From an uncultured Pseudomonadota bacterium (GTDB taxonomy: Bacteria > Myxococcota_A > Polyangia > Fen-1088), in assembly GCA_963847705.1 (NCBI GenBank), contig CAWKBC010000040.1, forward strand, positions 1-64,000: DNA of 64,000 nt. Direction: 5' to 3'. The notes under the pieces were generated by a model. The model was not told where the DNA came from, did not search any database, and worked only from the letters and a program-made list of their open reading frames with translations. Made by a program: the position numbers and the translations under genes. This document shows, piece by piece, positions 42,065-51,861 of the stretch (position 1 is its first letter; the number at the start of each line of letters is the position of its first letter).

Positions 42065-43526
42065 CGTAGCCCCCGAGATCGTGCGGGATGACGTCGCGGT
42101 CGGGGATGCCATCCCCGAGCGGGATATCGATGGGGACGGGATGCTCGGCGGCGCGGCGGTGCTTCTCGCACAGCACGCCCACTTCGCCGGGGTCGTGCGT
42201 GCCGCGCTCGACGGTTTCCGCGACGGCCTTCCCGAAGATGTCGGCGCCGTAAAGGTCGAGCAGCTTGCCGGTCTGGGCCACCATGCTTCCGATGTTGCGG
42301 CCCGCCTCGACCCAGCGCTCGATGAGGACATCGACTTGTGGCGCGACGGTGCGCAGTCGATCGCGGCCGGCGGAGGGCGCGGCGCCGCGCTTGCGACGCA
42401 GGATCTCGGCACGGTGATCGGGATGCTCGATCTTCTGGCGGTGGCCCCACGAGCGGGGGTGCTGGGCGACGACGGCGGCGCCGTCGAGCAGACGGACGGA
42501 GCGATCGTCGGCGACGATGGTGAGGGTGCGCTCGACGTGGTCCGGCGGCACCGAATAGACGTTGGTGTCGAAGCGGGCGAAGGCGGTCTTGTCGACGAGC
42601 ACGGGCTGTACCACGTCAGTGGCGGGCATCGGGTCGGGCAGCGGGAGCAAGCGCTGCTTCTCCTCGACCAGGCAGTCGGCGATCGTGCGTTGCGGGAAAT
42701 TGGGATGTCGCTGCTGGTGCGCGATGGTGTCGATGAAGGCGAGCAGCTCCCGGTTGCCGTGCTCGACGTCGTAGATGTCGCGGCCAGCGAGGAAGCGCTC
42801 CCGAAGGAAGCGAATCTTTCGCTCCACGCGTCCCTTCTCGTTCCCCCGGTACGGGGCGCACAGCCGCAGCTGGACGTGCATGGCGCTGCCGAGGTCGAGG
42901 AGCAAGGGATGGAAGCGGGCCGCGTCGCCGTGCCGTTCGAGCACGACAATCTTCGGATTGTCGAAGAGCCACTGGCGGGTCGAGCCGCCGAAGTAGGTCG
43001 ACGCACGCGCCAGCGAGCGCAAGAGCGAGTGCACGGTGGTGTCGAAGCAGAATTCACCCCACATGGCGCGCGACCAGGCCAGCACCATCACGAAGAGCCA
43101 CAGTGAGCGGCTGCCCCCGCCCGGCACCGGAATCTGCCCGACGTGAGCCCAGTCGATCTGAGCCTGCTCGCCGATGAGGGGATCGAGACGCAGGAAGGCC
43201 TCGCGCTTGGGCGTGGGACGCGCCGTCATGACGAAGCGGCGCAGGGTACGGGCGCTGCCGCGAAAGCCGCGCTCCTTGAGCATGTCGAGCAGCCGCGTCG
43301 ATCGCAGGCGCGGATACTTGAGCAGCGTCTCATTGATGAAAGCGACGTACGGCACGACGAGGAGAGATCTCCGCTCGACCCGATCGGTTCGGGGCCGTAG
43401 CAGCCCCAGAACGCGGCGGACGACATCCTCGTGGACGCCGAGTTGGGCGGCGATGGTGCCCACCTTCCAGTGCTCGGCGTGATGAAGGCGCGCGATCTCC
43501 GCCTCGACTTCGGCGGCGACGGTCAT
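42051..43526 (-). CDS. istA: IS21 transposase
   Basis: GEQAQIDW, LFDNPK, EKGRVER DDE motifs. Confidence 0.94.
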   Translation of the reverse strand: MTVAAEVEAEIARLHHAEHWKVGTIAAQLGVHEDVVRRVLGLLRPRTDRVERRSLLVVPYVAFINETLLKYPRLRSTRLLDMLKERGFRGSARTLRRFVMTARPTPKREAFLRLDPLIGEQAQIDWAHVGQIPVPGGGSRSLWLFVMVLAWSRAMWGEFCFDTTVHSLLRSLARASTYFGGSTRQWLFDNPKIVVLERHGDAARFHPLLLDLGSAMHVQLRLCAPYRGNEKGRVERKIRFLRERFLAGRDIYDVEHGNRELLAFIDTIAHQQRHPNFPQRTIADCLVEEKQRLLPLPDPMPATDVVQPVLVDKTAFARFDTNVYSVPPDHVERTLTIVADDRSVRLLDGAAVVAQHPRSWGHRQKIEHPDHRAEILRRKRGAAPSAGRDRLRTVAPQVDVLIERWVEAGRNIGSMVAQTGKLLDLYGADIFGKAVAETVERGTHDPGEVGVLCEKHRRAAEHPVPIDIPLGDGIPDRDVIPHDLGGYDAKR

Positions 43527-43897
43527 CGGCGCTCTCCGTGAACGAGACTGAGCTGCCGCAGATCACGAAAGTCGCCGATGCCGGCGATGCGCCTGCGGCG
43601 GCGGCGGGTCGGTCGCTCCACGACCTCGACGGTGTAGTAGACGCTGCGCTGGGGATTGCCTATCTCGTCGGTGAGCCCGAATGAATATGTAGCGTCCGCT
43701 TCGGCCGCAGACACAACAACGCGCGGGCAGCGATCGAGCCACAGGGCCAACGCTTCCAAGAGCGAGAGGACTGCCCGGTCGTTTCGGACCTGCCCCGGCG
43801 GTGGCAGCACCGCGCGCATCAGCTCGTCCGCCCCCGCCGTCACCAGGATCCGGCTGCGCGCCGTCGAGAAGGACATGGTCACCGTGTACTCGCTCAT
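43523..43897 (-). CDS. IS21 passenger ORF, hypothetical
   Basis: Stop overlaps the istA ATG; MSEYTVT...[11 protein letters not shown]. Confidence 0.65.
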   Translation of the reverse strand: MSEYTVTMSFSTARSRILVTAGADELMRAVLPPPGQVRNDRAVLSLLEALALWLDRCPRVVVSAAEADATYSFGLTDEIGNPQRSVYYTVEVVERPTRRRRRRIAGIGDFRDLRQLSLVHGERR

Positions 43898-44246
43898 CGT
43901 CATCGCTCCCGCCGGTGATCTCGGGCCCGACGGAGATCGGCGGGGTCGGACCACTCGGCCCCTGCGATTTCGAGCGAAACGCAACTTTCTCGGTACCCAT
44001 ATCCGTCACCGGCGCGCGCCTGGTGACGGCAAGTCGCCGCCGCCATGCCCGAACGTGATCACGGTGATCGAGCCGTCCTTCTTCGCTCCGTCGGTGGCGC
44101 GCATTGGCTGCGCGTCGGGCGCGCGCTCGACCTACGTCACGACAGCTCGGGCAATAGATCTGCCCGCGGAAATCTCGCCGGCACACGAAGAAGACGCGTC
44201 GGCACAACGCGCAACCCAGCTGAAATAGAGGCTCTTCGTCTTCCAT
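43563..44246 (-). CDS. IS21 passenger ORF, putative Zn-finger protein
   Basis: [17 protein letters not shown], Arg-rich helix, later CCVCG. Confidence 0.6.
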   Translation of the reverse strand: MEDEEPLFQLGCALCRRVFFVCRRDFRGQIYCPSCRDVGRARARRAANARHRRSEEGRLDHRDHVRAWRRRLAVTRRAPVTDMGTEKVAFRSKSQGPSGPTPPISVGPEITGGSDDDERVHGDHVLLDGAQPDPGDGGGGRADARGAATAGAGPKRPGSPLALGSVGPVARSLPARCCVCGRSGRYIFIRAHRRDRQSPAQRLLHRRGRGATDPPPPQAHRRHRRLS

Positions 44247-45479
44247 CCGCCGCGGGCGGAAGGAACTGGACGATCGATCCTCTCAGCCTTATCGTCCCTG
44301 CTCGTCAGACTTTCATCCGCCTGACAGAGGGCCCAGGGCGGCAACCCTGGGTCCTCATCCTTCTGCCCGCCGCTGCCGTTTACGCCGGGCCCGCGGCTGT
44401 CGCGACTTTTGCTGCCGCGCCGATTTCGGCCACGACCCGAAGGTCAGATCTCCTCGGATCGAGATGGCCGTCTACAACTTGCTTCCGACGTGCGACGACG
44501 CGCTCTGCGAATCATCCGAGACGGCGTCGACCTGCAGCGCTGGGACGATGCCCATCGTCGCGCGCGCGAAAGAGCGCTGGAGCAACTCGAACAAAGGCTG
44601 CTTTCGCGGATGCCATCGCCTCGACCGATCCGACCCCGTCACCCGTGCGACTGGAAACGCGGCGAGTACATCGTCTGGCGGATGGCCGACGGCGGATCGG
44701 CGGTCCTCCGCGTGGTGAGCTTCGACCCCCGATGGGGTGGTGGCGGATCCCCGGTGTGCGAGTTGGTGGACTCGGGAGGTCCCGGATATCGGCCGGCCCT
44801 CGTCGACATCATGAACGCCAATGCTCGCCCGGTGGCGCACGGCCTCAACCTAACCAGTGGGCGCCGTTGGAAGGGAGCCCGATTCAAGATTGGAGTCCTC
44901 GAGCCCGAGACCTACAGCGCCCGCCGTGTCCACAGAATGAAGCCGTCCTCACCCGCTCGCCGGTTTCCTGCGACCAAGGTCGAAGCGATTGGCACTCGCT
45001 GGAACGGCCTCGATGGATTCCTCTTCAGGGGATTCAATCTGCCCTGGCCCCGAGGATCCATCCTCCGTGTCGCCTCCAACGGCTCACCGATATGGTTGGT
45101 CGTGGTCGATGTCACAACCCGTTCGAAGTTGCCCGCGATCGTCTGCGAGGTGCTCGACTGGCACCAGAAAGCCGACCCATCTCCGACAATCTTGCGCGGC
45201 CTCGACACGCATCGGACTGGCGACACAGTGAGCATCGTTCGTGCGCGCATCGTCGATCCTAGGAACCGGCAATCGGTCGCGAAGATGAAGCGCCATCTCG
45301 GCGTGCGGGATGTCGACGAGCGAGCCCCGTTTCGCGTGACCCTTCTCGGCTATTGCCCGACGAACGCGAAAGTTGTGGGACGACGGCGAGTCACTGTCCC
45401 GATGTCCAGCTCGAACGTGGTCGAGTGGACCAATCTCGAAACCGCGGTGAGCGGCCTCGCCGAGGTGGCGGCCTCGTAA

Positions 45480-45598
45480 GCCATGGTCCGTGCGCGAAGA
45501 TGCCCCCGGAGTTGAACTCCTCGCCGCGCTCTTTGGGCCAGCTTGAGAAGCCGCTGGCGAACGGACGCGACCAGATCGCGCGGGGGCCGTGCCTTCAC
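45480..45598 (-). pseudogene. Truncated AbiEii-type toxin remnant
   Basis: Overlaps the antitoxin stop; MKARPPRDLVASVRQRLLKLA, then (shifted) RGEEFN, then lost. Confidence 0.6.
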
Positions 45599-46209
45599 GA
45601 GACGACCGCTTCCAGATAGGGCCTCATCACGTTCACTACGCGCACGACGGACGCGGCCTCGGTGAGGTCGTCCATGGGCCGGCGCGAACGACGGTGCTCG
45701 CGGAGGGCCTCTAGCGCCACGTCGAGCCCGATCTTGTTGCGGTACTTGAAGCAGTCGGCGACGGTGCGGGCGACGGTCGTGACCCTGACGGGTACGCCCT
45801 CGATGACGTGAACCTCGACACCGTGCTTGAGCGCGGCTCCGGAGAACCGGACGATCCGGAGCGGAAGATCATGAACGGTCGGCTTGCGATCCTTGACCCC
45901 GATGGCAAGCCAGGTCTCGAAGGGAGCCTGGGTCCCGAGGCCGTGAAACTGCAGGGCCGACAGAAGGCAGACCACACCATTCGGTACGCGGAGGGCAGCG
46001 GCAGCGAGGCCGTGGTGCTCCGTGGCCTGGAATCCCGCCGCCGGGTAGAGGCCTCGCCCCAGCCGTTCCAGCTTGCCAGCCTCGACCAGTCTGCGGATGG
46101 CGGGACGCGACGTCCCTTTGGCTTCCAGGTCACGGCTACGCATGAGCCTGCGCCGGCGGCTCAGGTCAGCTTGATGCCTTGGGCCAGGCTGTGTACGTTT
46201 CGTCGGCAT
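45595..46209 (-). CDS. Type IV TA antitoxin, AbiEi family
   Basis: LERLGRGLY, GVVCLLSALQFHGL.TQ, ARTVADCFKYRNKIGLDVALEAL. Confidence 0.9.
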   Translation of the reverse strand: MPTKRTQPGPRHQADLSRRRRLMRSRDLEAKGTSRPAIRRLVEAGKLERLGRGLYPAAGFQATEHHGLAAAALRVPNGVVCLLSALQFHGLGTQAPFETWLAIGVKDRKPTVHDLPLRIVRFSGAALKHGVEVHVIEGVPVRVTTVARTVADCFKYRNKIGLDVALEALREHRRSRRPMDDLTEAASVVRVVNVMRPYLEAVVS

Positions 46210-46228
46210 TTATAAATAACTACCGACA
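46202..46228. promoter_or_regulatory. Putative AbiEi autoregulatory inverted repeat
   Basis: GTCGG-CATTTATAAATAACTA-CCGAC spanning the start codon. Confidence 0.45.
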
Positions 46229-46320
46229 TACTGTATCAGCCGTCCGACGGGGACTGCAATATCCAGCCGAGAACCCATGCCCACGAGCCTAGCGAGAGAA
46301 GCTGGCTCCTCGCTACGCGA

Positions 46321-46725
46321 CTACCCAGCGATTCGATCGAACCGCGACCAGTTTTCGTGTGCGGCGCACCTAACCGATATCCAGCCGTTTCTCTCCGCCA
46401 AGACGCCCGCGGAGCCGCACACTTCGCACGTCACCATAGAGGCTTCGCTAGCCTCGCCGATCGCAGCCCACATCGCTGGCGTGGGGGCCTCCGACAGATA
46501 GACGGTCAACGTGCCGAACTTTTGCCGGAGCTCGACGACCGTGAACATCCGCCGCTCGTCGGAAGGTAGCTCCTTGACGATGGTCGAGAGGCGTTCGAGG
46601 AGGCGAACGAGGATAGGCTTCCACCCCTCGAAGCAGGTAAACGCAGCAGACCCCGCAATCGGAAATCGTGCGCGCAGGGAGGCCGTCCATTCCTCGGGCT
46701 GAGCCTCTTGATCTGAGCCCATCAT
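46321..46725 (-). CDS. Hypothetical protein (phage-type family)
   Basis: CFEGW...LRQKFGTL.VY...CEVCG...C..H pattern. Confidence 0.65.
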   Translation of the reverse strand: MMGSDQEAQPEEWTASLRARFPIAGSAAFTCFEGWKPILVRLLERLSTIVKELPSDERRMFTVVELRQKFGTLTVYLSEAPTPAMWAAIGEASEASMVTCEVCGSAGVLAERNGWISVRCAAHENWSRFDRIAG

Positions 46726-46839
46726 CGCGAAACAACCCTAGCACCTGTTGCGCCACCTAGGATGCGACCTGCCGCACTTCGCAAGCAGATCCGTATGGTC
46801 GCCGGGCCGGAACAGCAGTCTGTGTCTTGGTTCCTCATG

Positions 46840-47223
46840 CTAGAGGGGAAGATCATCGAGGTACCCGCCCTCCACCGACTGAGATGGGACGCTTGGCACG
46901 GGCTGCCCGATTTCTTTCTGTGCTTCTAAGCGAACACTCGAATTCCCGTGGCAGTTGATGTGAATGGTGCTTCTGCCGATGAGAGCCCGATCGATTATCA
47001 GCTCGATCCGAACGGGCCCCCGTCCGGTACTTAGGTCGGCGTCTATCTGACTTTGAATTCGCTGAAGGGCGTCAGAGGTACCGTCGGGAGGCACGGTGAC
47101 TCGTGCGTTTCTTGTCCCCGTCCCCCGCCCCGGTACCCGATACCGGAGGGCCAGATAGACGGCTCCGAAGCAACCAGCAGCGGTCAGAGCAGCGCGCAGG
47201 ATGTCTGTGGCGTTCATGATCAT
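46840..47223 (-). CDS. Hypothetical membrane-anchored protein
   Basis: N-terminal TM, RBS-like GAGGA; follows mobE. Confidence 0.5.
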   Translation of the reverse strand: MIMNATDILRAALTAAGCFGAVYLALRYRVPGRGTGTRNARVTVPPDGTSDALQRIQSQIDADLSTGRGPVRIELIIDRALIGRSTIHINCHGNSSVRLEAQKEIGQPVPSVPSQSVEGGYLDDLPL

Positions 47224-47317
47224 GATCCTCTCTTTCGTCTGGAGCCCGAAGATCGGTCGCGGTCTGGGGCAGGGCCGGATCGCCGACGAACACTCGAGCG
47301 TCGGAGATTCGCGAAGG

Positions 47318-47977
47318 TTAGTTTTTCAAGGCAGCGTCAGGGACACCGCGCAAGCGCCATCCCTGAGCCTTCGACGTCGCGTAGCAGACTTCGTCTCGCG
47401 CCACCCATCCTCGACCCGAACAGGTCGCGAGGTCGCGCAGGCTTCCGGCTTTGGCGAGGGCGTAGCCGAGCTCTCCCTCCGGCGTGTTGGCCCACGAGGC
47501 CAGGGCCGCCGCGCTCGCGTATTGGCGTCGCGTCAGCTCGCTCCCGTTTGCGAAGCCTGCGATTTGGCCGTGCGAGTAGGCGAACCAGGCGACAAGCGTG
47601 AGGCACCCAGTCGCCGCCCCAACGCAGGCGGTAGCCCATTTCAAAGGGTTCATCCGCTGGCTGTCCCGCTTAGTGACTGCGGCTGACGCCTCGGCCGCCG
47701 CGCGAGAGACGGCCGCCTTCGCCGTTTCCAGGGCGGCGCTGATCTGCGCCGCTGCGGTCGCCTGAACGTCCCGCGTCGCAGCTCTTGCAGCCTCCGTGAT
47801 CAGCGCCGGGATGCGTTCGTAAAGCGTCCTGTAGTGCTCGAGCACCATGAGCAAGAGCCAGAGGGAGTCGTTGCCTTTCAGCTTCAGCGCGTCCCTGACT
47901 CTGTACAGATTTTGCCTCTCCTTCTCGGTCGCCTGACGTCCGAGGAGAAGCGCAAAGCTCTCCTCGATATTAGCCAT
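47318..47977 (-). CDS. Mobilization protein MobE / TraM-like
   Basis: LLGRQ...LYRVRDAL.L..ND.LW..L..LEHY, one TM; coupled to mobD. Confidence 0.7.
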   Translation of the reverse strand: MANIEESFALLLGRQATEKERQNLYRVRDALKLKGNDSLWLLLMVLEHYRTLYERIPALITEAARAATRDVQATAAAQISAALETAKAAVSRAAAEASAAVTKRDSQRMNPLKWATACVGAATGCLTLVAWFAYSHGQIAGFANGSELTRRQYASAAALASWANTPEGELGYALAKAGSLRDLATCSGRGWVARDEVCYATSKAQGWRLRGVPDAALKN

Positions 47978-48653
47978 GGACGACCTCCGCCAGCATCAGG
48001 CGACATTCTTCCCGCCACCGCTCGAGCTCCATTCGATCGCCCAGCGACAACTCCGTCGACGCCTTGGTGATCGTGAGCCGTCCTTTGTTCATCGCGTCTG
48101 TCACTCGATCTGCCAGCTCGGGGAAGTTGAGCGACCTGCCGCCGGCATCCTCGATGGACACCTTCATCTTCGAGCCGTTGTAGAGCTCGAACTTCCCCTC
48201 GGTCCCGAGATAGGTATTCCGGACGACGTGCATCTCTGCTTCAGGGATGGCCCCGGCGAAGTCCTTGAGCAGCTCGAGACTTTCCCGCTTTCGATCGATC
48301 AGCCAGAAGACGACCAGCTTCCTTTTGAGCTCTGGAAGCGCCATCCCCAGGGTCTTGCCGAAATTGCTGATGCCGGTCTGATTCCGTGCCCCCGTGTTGA
48401 TGACGATCGCGCTCTCGGCCTTGCTCTCGATCAGGTTCACGAGGTCGATCCAGCCCTCGCGTTCGTCCAGGTTCACCAGCTCGCCTCCGATCGTGTCCCT
48501 GTAGGTCTTGTAGACGTCGGGAACCGATGTGTCCGTCTCGACGAGGAATGGCCCCTCGCCGCTGCCTTCGAGGTAGTCGATGAGCGCGATTGAGAAGAGC
48601 GACTTACCGACTCCGCCCTTGCCACCTCCGACGAGAAAAACTGACTTCGACAT
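47970..48653 (-). CDS. Mobilization protein MobD / TraL-like P-loop ATPase
   Basis: GGGKGGVGKS, ETDTSVPDVYK, VINTGARN. Confidence 0.8.
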   Translation of the reverse strand: MSKSVFLVGGGKGGVGKSLFSIALIDYLEGSGEGPFLVETDTSVPDVYKTYRDTIGGELVNLDEREGWIDLVNLIESKAESAIVINTGARNQTGISNFGKTLGMALPELKRKLVVFWLIDRKRESLELLKDFAGAIPEAEMHVVRNTYLGTEGKFELYNGSKMKVSIEDAGGRSLNFPELADRVTDAMNKGRLTITKASTELSLGDRMELERWREECRLMLAEVVHG

Positions 48654-48667
48654 GTTCGTCCTCCTGG

Positions 48668-49063
48668 TTAGTAGCTGTCCTTGTCCGTCACGAGAAATGC
48701 CTCTTTGCCTGCCCGCTTGACGCCTTCATCCGTTGCCGGTTTTGCCCGCGAAGGCGTCTCCGCCTTCGCTTGTGGGGGTGGCGCGGCGGATCGCGTTCGC
48801 GTTGCGACCGCGTCCTTGCCCCGTCGCCGCTTGGCTCTCTGCAGGTAGCTCTTCAGCGTCGGGGTGGTGATGTCGAGCCCGACACCGTGCAGGCTCTCGA
48901 CGACCTGCTCGATCGTGTATCCGCGTGCCTGCAGGGCGGCGATCTCCCGAGCGAGCCGTCGTACCACCGCCTGTTTGGTCAGCTTGCGTTTCGAGCTGTC
49001 CATCGGAGGAAGCCCGCGCAGTGCGCTCGCCATCAGGTCGGATTGTTCCAACGTGTATGCCAT
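48668..49063 (-). CDS. Mobilization protein MobC / TraK-like
   Basis: LRGLPP...KQAVV..L..EI..LQARGYT...TLKSYLQR; first gene divergent from oriT. Confidence 0.7.
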   Translation of the reverse strand: MAYTLEQSDLMASALRGLPPMDSSKRKLTKQAVVRRLAREIAALQARGYTIEQVVESLHGVGLDITTPTLKSYLQRAKRRRGKDAVATRTRSAAPPPQAKAETPSRAKPATDEGVKRAGKEAFLVTDKDSY

Positions 49064-49339
49064 CTGCTTTCTCCCGGATGCGCGCTCCGCCCTCACGGGG
49101 AACGAGCGCTTTGTCTGTCGAGCTCTCCGCTATTCCAGTCGGCCAGTTCTCCGGCGTTGTTTCCTGCTTCGAGCTGCGAAGCGAAAATAGTTCCCGCTGC
49201 GGCGCTCTCCTTTCCTACCGCCCAGGTGCCGTGGCTCCGTCCACGTGACGGTGCCGGCGGAAACATCGCGAGGCGTCCGGCCGACTGGAAGAACGTGCCG
49301 ACCGTGCCTACGCGAATGCCTTCATCGAGTGTCGATGGA

Positions 49340-49360
49340 CGGATAGCAGGATGGGGGCTT
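49340..49360 (-). other. Putative MOBP oriT nic site
   Basis: Minus strand CATCCTG^C matches the RP4-type YATCCTG^Y consensus, between divergent mob operons. Confidence 0.7.
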
Positions 49361-49514
49361 GTCCGGACACATGCGGCTTCCGCCGCACGTGCCCTCCCAA
49401 GCCCCGCTCCGCCCCGCCCGTTCGGCGCTCCGCTTCTCACGGACAGGGCTGCGCCAGACTCGGAGCTGCTCGGCGCTACCGCTTCTCGCAGTCGGTCGGT
49501 CGGAGGCGACAGCG

Positions 49515-49826
49515 ATGCCGTTTCGTAGGAAGGGAAAAGCGGGTCTCACGGCCCGCCTCGACGTGCGCGTCTCGCCCGCCGAGAAGAAGCAGCTTGGGGG
49601 CATCGCTCGCGAAGCGGGCCTCCCCGTCGCCGAGCTGGTGCGCCTGCGCGCGCTCGGGCGGCCGGTCGTGTCCCGCACGGACGCCACGACCATCCGGGAG
49701 CTACGGCGCCTCGGGGGCCTGCTCAAGATGGTCCACGTCGAGAGCGGCGGCGCCTACCGCCAGCAGACGGCCGAGCTGCTCACGATGCTGCGCGCCGCGG
49801 TCGGCAAGCTGGCGGGCGGGCAGTAG
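49515..49826 (+). CDS. Relaxosome accessory protein MobB / TraJ-like (RHH)
   Basis: LDVRVSPAEK..L...A..AGL.VAELVR..ALGR, IRELRRLGGLLK. Confidence 0.85.
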   Translation: MPFRRKGKAGLTARLDVRVSPAEKKQLGGIAREAGLPVAELVRLRALGRPVVSRTDATTIRELRRLGGLLKMVHVESGGAYRQQTAELLTMLRAAVGKLAGGQ

Positions 49827-49839
49827 GGAGGCAGGGACG

Positions 49840-51861
49840 ATGATCGTCAAGAAGGTCCCCACGTCCAAGCACGCCCCGGCCAAGAGCAAGGCCCACAACG
49901 TGCGCGCCCTCGCCGACTACATCGCCGGCCCCAAGGCCGGCGGCGCCGGTGAGAAGGTGGAGCACCGCGGGGCTCTGAACCTCCTCAACCTCGATCACGA
50001 GGGACAGGTGCAGGAGATGATCGACCTCGCCGAGACGGCCAAGCGCAGCCCGCAGCCGGTGCAGCACTGGATCATGAGCTGGCGGGAGGGGGAGCAGCCG
50101 ACGTCGGCCCAGGCCGATCAGGCGGCCAGGATGTTCCTGGACGAGATGGGCTTGGCCGGCCACCAGGCGCTCTATGGATTGCACCGCGACACGGAGAACT
50201 GGCACCTCCACCTGGCCGTCAACCGCGTCCACCCCGAGACGGAGAAGCTCGTCACCGTCAACAACGGCTTCGACCACGAGGTCGCCCACCGGGCGATCGC
50301 TCGCATCGAGCACGCGCAGGGGTGGCAGAGGGAGGAGCGCGGCCTGTTCCAGATGCGGGAGGACGGGCGCGTTGAGCGCGCACGTCCGCGCGACGAGCAA
50401 GAACGCAAGCCATCCGTTCGAGCCCGCGATTTCGAAGAGCGGGTGGGCGCCCGGAGCGCCGAGCGTGTGGCCATCGAGGACGGAGCGCCCGCCATCCGCG
50501 CGGCCGGGAGTTGGCGGGAAATGCACGAGGCCCTGGCCGAGAAGGGGATGCGCCTCGAGAGGAAGGGCTCAGGCGCGATTCTGTGGATCGGCGATCAACC
50601 GGTGAAGGCGAGCAGCGCCGGCCGCGACTGTTCCATGTCGGCGCTCCAGAAGCGTCTGGGCGAGTTTCAACCTGCGAGGGATACCGCGCGCGTGATGACA
50701 CGCACCCGAGCCCCCGAGCCGATCATGCCCAGCGCCCCCGGCTGGAAGCAGTACACCGACGCACGACGACAGCACTACCTGGAGCGTTCCCGCAGACGGG
50801 AACGGCAGATGGAGCAGCAGAGGAAGGGTCGGGAACGCATGGCCGCTCGTCATCGGCAAGAGCGAGCAGACATCTTTCGCGGATCCTGGAAGGGACGGGG
50901 CGCTCTCCTCAACGCGACCAGGAATCTGCTCGCCGGTCGTCAAGCGCAGGAAAAGGCCGAGCAGCTTGATCGCCAAAGGCTGGAGCGCGGGGTACCGGAC
51001 AAGGACCGGGGACGGTTCCCGAGCTACGAAGAATGGCTTCACCAAAGGGATCACGGGCTCGCGCAGGGGTGGCGACATCGAGAACGACGGCCGCCTGGCA
51101 TAGAGGGGCCGACGTTCGTGCGGCCCGCGCCCCAAGATATCCGCGCGTTCGCCCCGGTCGTCGAAGGTTGGCACGTCCACTATCGTCGCGTCGGCGAGCG
51201 CGGCTCCCCTGCCTTCACAGACCGGGGTAAGGAGATCGACATCTACGACAGCAACCGACGGGAAAGCGTCCTCGCCGCCCTCCAGTTGAGCGCCCAGAAG
51301 TGGGGCGCGTTCACCATTCGCGGAAACGAGCGGTTCCGGAGCATGTGCGTCGAGTTGGCAGCAGAGCACGGCTTCAAGATCGCGAACCCGGAGCTCCAGC
51401 AAGCCATCGTCGCCGAGCGGAAACGGATTCGGACACGTGGAAGAGAGCGCACGACGGCGCCTGTGCGCCGCGCGGTCGAGATCGTGGCGACTCGGACGCC
51501 AGCGGACGTCTATCGGCGTCACCTGGCGGATGTCACCCGGGAGCGCCCGGGTCAGCCCGTCGACCCCTCGCGGGTCGATACCGAGATCGCTGTTCGCATG
51601 CGTCTTGCGGGCCATCGCCGGGGCGAAATCGAGCGAGCGATCAGAGAGGCCGTACCGGCAGATCGGCGCGGCGAGACGCGCGATTGGGATGTTTACGCGA
51701 AGCGCACGGTGGCAGTCGCCTTCGGTATTCCTGGGGACCGCCTATCTGAGCACCTCAGACGGCAGCACGACCGATTCCGCCGCCTCCAAGAGCGCCATCG
51801 CGAAGAGCCCGAACGCCTACCGCCTGGCGATCCATTCTCCCGCTCTGGACCCGAACGCTAA
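49840..51861 (+). CDS. MOBP relaxase (TraI/MobA) with LPD7-like and RepB C-terminal-like domains
   Basis: LADYI (catalytic Tyr), HWIMSW, HRDTENWHLHLAVNRVHP; FTDRGKEI..AALQL..QKWG. Confidence 0.92.
   Translation: MIVKKVPTSKHAPAKSKAHNVRALADYIAGPKAGGAGEKVEHRGALNLLNLDHEGQVQEMIDLAETAKRSPQPVQHWIMSWREGEQPTSAQADQAARMFLDEMGLAGHQALYGLHRDTENWHLHLAVNRVHPETEKLVTVNNGFDHEVAHRAIARIEHAQGWQREERGLFQMREDGRVERARPRDEQERKPSVRARDFEERVGARSAERVAIEDGAPAIRAAGSWREMHEALAEKGMRLERKGSGAILWIGDQPVKASSAGRDCSMSALQKRLGEFQPARDTARVMTRTRAPEPIMPSAPGWKQYTDARRQHYLERSRRRERQMEQQRKGRERMAARHRQERADIFRGSWKGRGALLNATRNLLAGRQAQEKAEQLDRQRLERGVPDKDRGRFPSYEEWLHQRDHGLAQGWRHRERRPPGIEGPTFVRPAPQDIRAFAPVVEGWHVHYRRVGERGSPAFTDRGKEIDIYDSNRRESVLAALQLSAQKWGAFTIRGNERFRSMCVELAAEHGFKIANPELQQAIVAERKRIRTRGRERTTAPVRRAVEIVATRTPADVYRRHLADVTRERPGQPVDPSRVDTEIAVRMRLAGHRRGEIERAIREAVPADRRGETRDWDVYAKRTVAVAFGIPGDRLSEHLRRQHDRFRRLQERHREEPERLPPGDPFSRSGPER

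Larger units (their letters stand above)
41256..44476 (-). mobile_element. Complete IS21-family insertion sequence, 3221 bp
   Basis: TG...CA ends, 49-bp IRs TGTAGACGGCCA-N4-GATCCGAGGA... (7 mismatches), TSD ACTTGC at 41250-55 and 44477-82. Confidence 0.95.
41053..45479 (+). pseudogene. Immunity-protein-like gene (MGAWG..DDALD N-terminus) split by IS21
   Basis: Removing the IS and one TSD copy restores the frame ...WRSGRLASDVRRRAL... to the stop at 45479. Confidence 0.8.
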
